This document shows, one piece after another, positions 61,159 to 64,000 of a DNA stretch of 64,000 nt; the stretch's first letter is position 1; each line of letters starts with the position of its first letter. A model generated the notes under the pieces. The model was not told the origin of the DNA and did not search any database. It saw only the letters and a program-made list of their open reading frames with translations. Both the position numbers and the translations under genes were made by a program. The stretch lies in assembly GCA_965233865.1 (NCBI GenBank), contig OZ247587.1, positions 1,376,001 through 1,440,000 of the forward strand, in the 5' to 3' direction. This DNA comes from Candidatus Neptunichlamydia sp. (GTDB lineage: Bacteria > Chlamydiota > Chlamydiia > Chlamydiales > Simkaniaceae).

Positions 61159-62223
61159 CTATTCATTGCTTGCACTCCATTGAAGAGCAGGCGAGTAAAG
61201 GTAGAGAGAGCGGTTCATGAGCTCGGGGCTTATATCTGCAGGAAAGGTAAGCTCGTGCTTAACCTTACCTGTAAAAATGGGGGAACTTCCCTCAATGAGA
61301 CCCGATAGTACCGGATGGAGAACCTTTAGTTCAACAACTTGGTAATCGCCTTCAATTTTAGCCTCTTTTACAAGAGCTAGAAGGGCCTTGCTGTAGCTGC
61401 TGTTCCCATCATCAATGTAGCCGTAATCTTGTGCTTTGACGGGATCGTAGACTTGAGCGCCGTATTCACTAACAAGCTTAGCTCTGCTTAGCCGAGGACG
61501 AGCCGTAGTGACAAGGTTTACAAAGAGATTATAGTCGTAGGCGACAATATCACGCAGAGCCTGATCTTCTCCAGGCTTCCATTCGCGGTAAGGGCTGAGC
61601 ATATCTTTATCAATTCCCTTTGTAATCGTAAGCTGTTTGACTCCATATTTTTCCATCAAGCCAGCAACGTTAAAGTTTGGTCCCATTAATACGCCCACTG
61701 AGCCGATGATTCCAACAGGAGCGGAGAAAATTTTGTCTGCACTACAAGCAATCATCATTCCTCCAGAGGCGCACATTCCATCAACATAGGCATAGATTGG
61801 AATTTTATACTTTTCTTTATACTCCACCAGATTTTGGTAAATGTCGTGGGCATCAGAAGCTGTTCCTCCAGGGCTGTTAATATGGAGGAACAGCGCTTTG
61901 ACGCGGTCTTTTTTCAGTATCCCGTCTCGTGAATCTAGAAGTTGAGCGTGCACAGTTTTTGCATTCAAGTCTTTCGATCCAATGATTCCATGGATATTGA
62001 GTCTAAATATTGCAGGGTCCGAATGAGGAAGCAAAGAGCGATTCCCTTCAGCATCTGCAGCAATAATCAGTTGGGTCTTATCTGAAACCATCTGTGGCTT
62101 TGAGAGAATGCCCACAACAATTCCGATAATAACCATACCAACAAGAATTCCGATGAATCCAGCAAAAACATTGCAAAAAGATCTTACTGCCGATACAAAA
62201 ATCGACTCATGCTTAACTTCCAT
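61159..62223 (-). CDS. sohB: S49 peptidase (SppA/SohB)
   Basis: INSPGG, CASGG, IGSVGV. Confidence 0.9.
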   Translation of the reverse strand: MEVKHESIFVSAVRSFCNVFAGFIGILVGMVIIGIVVGILSKPQMVSDKTQLIIAADAEGNRSLLPHSDPAIFRLNIHGIIGSKDLNAKTVHAQLLDSRDGILKKDRVKALFLHINSPGGTASDAHDIYQNLVEYKEKYKIPIYAYVDGMCASGGMMIACSADKIFSAPVGIIGSVGVLMGPNFNVAGLMEKYGVKQLTITKGIDKDMLSPYREWKPGEDQALRDIVAYDYNLFVNLVTTARPRLSRAKLVSEYGAQVYDPVKAQDYGYIDDGNSSYSKALLALVKEAKIEGDYQVVELKVLHPVLSGLIEGSSPIFTGKVKHELTFPADISPELMNRSLYLYSPALQWSASNE

Positions 62224-62272
62224 AACTTTCCTTGTAAACAGAGATTAAAATTACCTCATCGTAACGAAGTTT

Positions 62273-63487
62273 TTAATTTGCTTCAACTACAGATGATGGT
62301 GCAAGAGTTTTCAAATCCTTGTCGACAACGGCAGTGATACAACTGTCAGACCAGACATTGAGAGCTGTTTCGACCATATCAAAGAGTGAGTAGAGAGGGA
62401 GAATAATTCCCATGAGTTCAACCGGAACGCCCATCCCAATTAAAAATGCTGTGGTAAGAAAAAAACATCCCATTGGAACTCCTGCGTTGCCAATAGCGGC
62501 AAAAGAGGCAAGGAAAATCCAGGGGATCATTTGCATGGGGCTAAAGACAATTCCTTGAGATCCACAGACAAAAAAGAGGGTGATTAAAATGAATGCTGCA
62601 CATCCATTCATGTTGATAATGGAGCATAAGGGTAGGCTAAAGCTTGCTGTTTTATCTGACACACCAAGGCGATTTTTTGCACAGTCAAGAGCAAGAGGGA
62701 GAGTAGCATTCGAAGACTTTGTGAAAAAAGCCATTGTAAGAGCTGGGGACATTGCTCTCGCTGTTCTCATGGGAGATTCTCCTCGTAGTTTCACCATCAA
62801 AGGGAGGACAATTAAGCCTTGAATAAGGTTCGCACCAATGACACATAGGCCATAAAGCATGAGTTGTTGTAGCTGCGCAGCATTTCCTTTGATGCTTTGA
62901 ATAAATTGGATTGTAAACGCAAAGATACCAAGCGGCATGAGAAAGATAAGAGCTGATGTGATTTTTAAAAGGGCTGAGAAAAGAGCCCCAAATAGATCCC
63001 GTAGAAGATTGTTCTGCTCTTTGGGGAGCTTTAATATTGCAATACTAAATATTGCTGCTAGAAAGGCCATTCCTAAGACATTGTTTTCTAAAAAAGGCTG
63101 CACAGGGTTTTCAGGAATGATTTTCATTAGGAAAGAAAGATAGTTTCCTTGCTTGGGGACAGCGATCGCAATTGCCTCACCTAAATTGACTGGTTGAATA
63201 ACCAGAAAAAGAATCATGCCAATCGTTGCAGCAATGAGAGTTGTTGCAACAGTATATGTTAATATGCGCTTTAGAAGAACTCCTGCTTCGCTTAGAGATG
63301 TCATTCGAGAGAGGGTGGAAACAATTGCTAAAAAAATCATAGGTAAACTAATCAACTTGAGCATATTGATAAAGAGTTTGCTTATGACATCAGCAAGGCT
63401 AACTACAAAGGGCAGATCAAAAAAGCCGAGGATCCCCCCGAACAAAAGAGCAAGAACCATCCCTAAATTAAAATAATTTTTCTTCAT
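62273..63487 (-). CDS. Dicarboxylate/amino acid:cation symporter (DAACS)
   Basis: FINMLKLISLP, FFTKSSNATLP, INMNGCA, GNAGVP, DMVETALNVWSD. Confidence 0.92.
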   Translation of the reverse strand: MKKNYFNLGMVLALLFGGILGFFDLPFVVSLADVISKLFINMLKLISLPMIFLAIVSTLSRMTSLSEAGVLLKRILTYTVATTLIAATIGMILFLVIQPVNLGEAIAIAVPKQGNYLSFLMKIIPENPVQPFLENNVLGMAFLAAIFSIAILKLPKEQNNLLRDLFGALFSALLKITSALIFLMPLGIFAFTIQFIQSIKGNAAQLQQLMLYGLCVIGANLIQGLIVLPLMVKLRGESPMRTARAMSPALTMAFFTKSSNATLPLALDCAKNRLGVSDKTASFSLPLCSIINMNGCAAFILITLFFVCGSQGIVFSPMQMIPWIFLASFAAIGNAGVPMGCFFLTTAFLIGMGVPVELMGIILPLYSLFDMVETALNVWSDSCITAVVDKDLKTLAPSSVVEAN

Positions 63488-63547
63488 GAGGCTATTCCAC
63501 GACTAGAAGTGTCATTTATAAAGGGACAATGATATCAGGAAGAGGGA

Positions 63548-64000
63548 TTAATTAGAAGATGCACGTTTCTTAAATTGAAGGAGCTCAATGAAGGCAAGGC
63601 AGCCAAAGAGGACGAAGAGGAAGTAGAGCTGAGGAGGAAAAGAAATTTTCAAAACGAGTGTAATCAACAGGCAAAACTGTGCTGCAGTGGCAATCTTTCC
63701 CCAGCGAATAGACTTAACTTCGAGGCTTCTCCAAGCGCCGGTGATTCCAAGGTAAGAGAGAAAAATCAAGAGGAAAAAGTCTCGTGAAAGCATCGTTGCG
63801 ACTTGCCAAGGAAGGACATGGTGTTCAAAGAGGAGAACTCCTAGAACAACATAAACAAAAAATTTATCCATTAAAGGGTCTAATATTGCACCAAACCTAG
63901 AAGTGAAATGGTAGCGGCGAGCCAAATAACCATCGACGCCATCTGAAAGCATGGCTAATACAATGACAACCGTCCGAAGAGCTGTACTCTCTATAATAAA
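63548..64000 (-). CDS. pgsA: CDP-alcohol phosphatidyltransferase, 5' partial
   Basis: SDGVDGYLAR...FGAILDPLMDK; frame open to window end. Confidence 0.9.
   Translation of the reverse strand, partial: FIIESTALRTVVIVLAMLSDGVDGYLARRYHFTSRFGAILDPLMDKFFVYVVLGVLLFEHHVLPWQVATMLSRDFFLLIFLSYLGITGAWRSLEVKSIRWGKIATAAQFCLLITLVLKISFPPQLYFLFVLFGCLAFIELLQFKKRASSN

Noticed and set aside
1..64000. CRISPR array, rRNA, prophage
   Set aside because: No spaced direct repeats, rRNA-like tracts or phage genes; long repeats are IS copies

Overview
Chromosomal segment of an environmental chlamydia (Simkaniaceae/Rhabdochlamydiaceae-like; inferred from the ~1040-aa chlamydial-type PBP2, thrS-parA-pGP6-D, tRNA-Gly-rpsB-tsf-pyrH-frr-tRNA-Glu-tRNA-Lys, tolQR-tolA-tolB-pal-LysM and rho-coaE-polA-S49-pgsA blocks). 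Core genes are intact. Accessory patches (8.6-13.2, 16.7-18.3, 26.9-27.8, 32.2-35.2, 54.9-56.5 kb) are eroding, with many nonsense/frameshift pseudogenes and IS elements: one intact-looking IS5, three defective IS630 copies plus a 93-bp chimeric mini-element, and IS3, IS1 and IS256 remnants. Best leads: (1) a secreted protein with an N-terminal polymorphic-toxin-like domain fused to an effector-like domain, facing a divergent, internally duplicated immunity-like gene (33.2-35.2 kb); (2) a probable IS630-bounded 14.4-kb inversion that split a glycosyltransferase-like gene; (3) a TonB/TolA-like SxxxH-anchored 1147-aa vWA protein paired with a large exported TPR protein near Tol-Pal; (4) surface-polysaccharide parts: Wza, an oversized Wzc with a degenerate kinase, a Wzy/WaaL-like protein and a Bcs1-like CDP-ribitol synthase fusion. 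No CRISPR array or rRNA seen. All family calls come from motif reading, not database searches.
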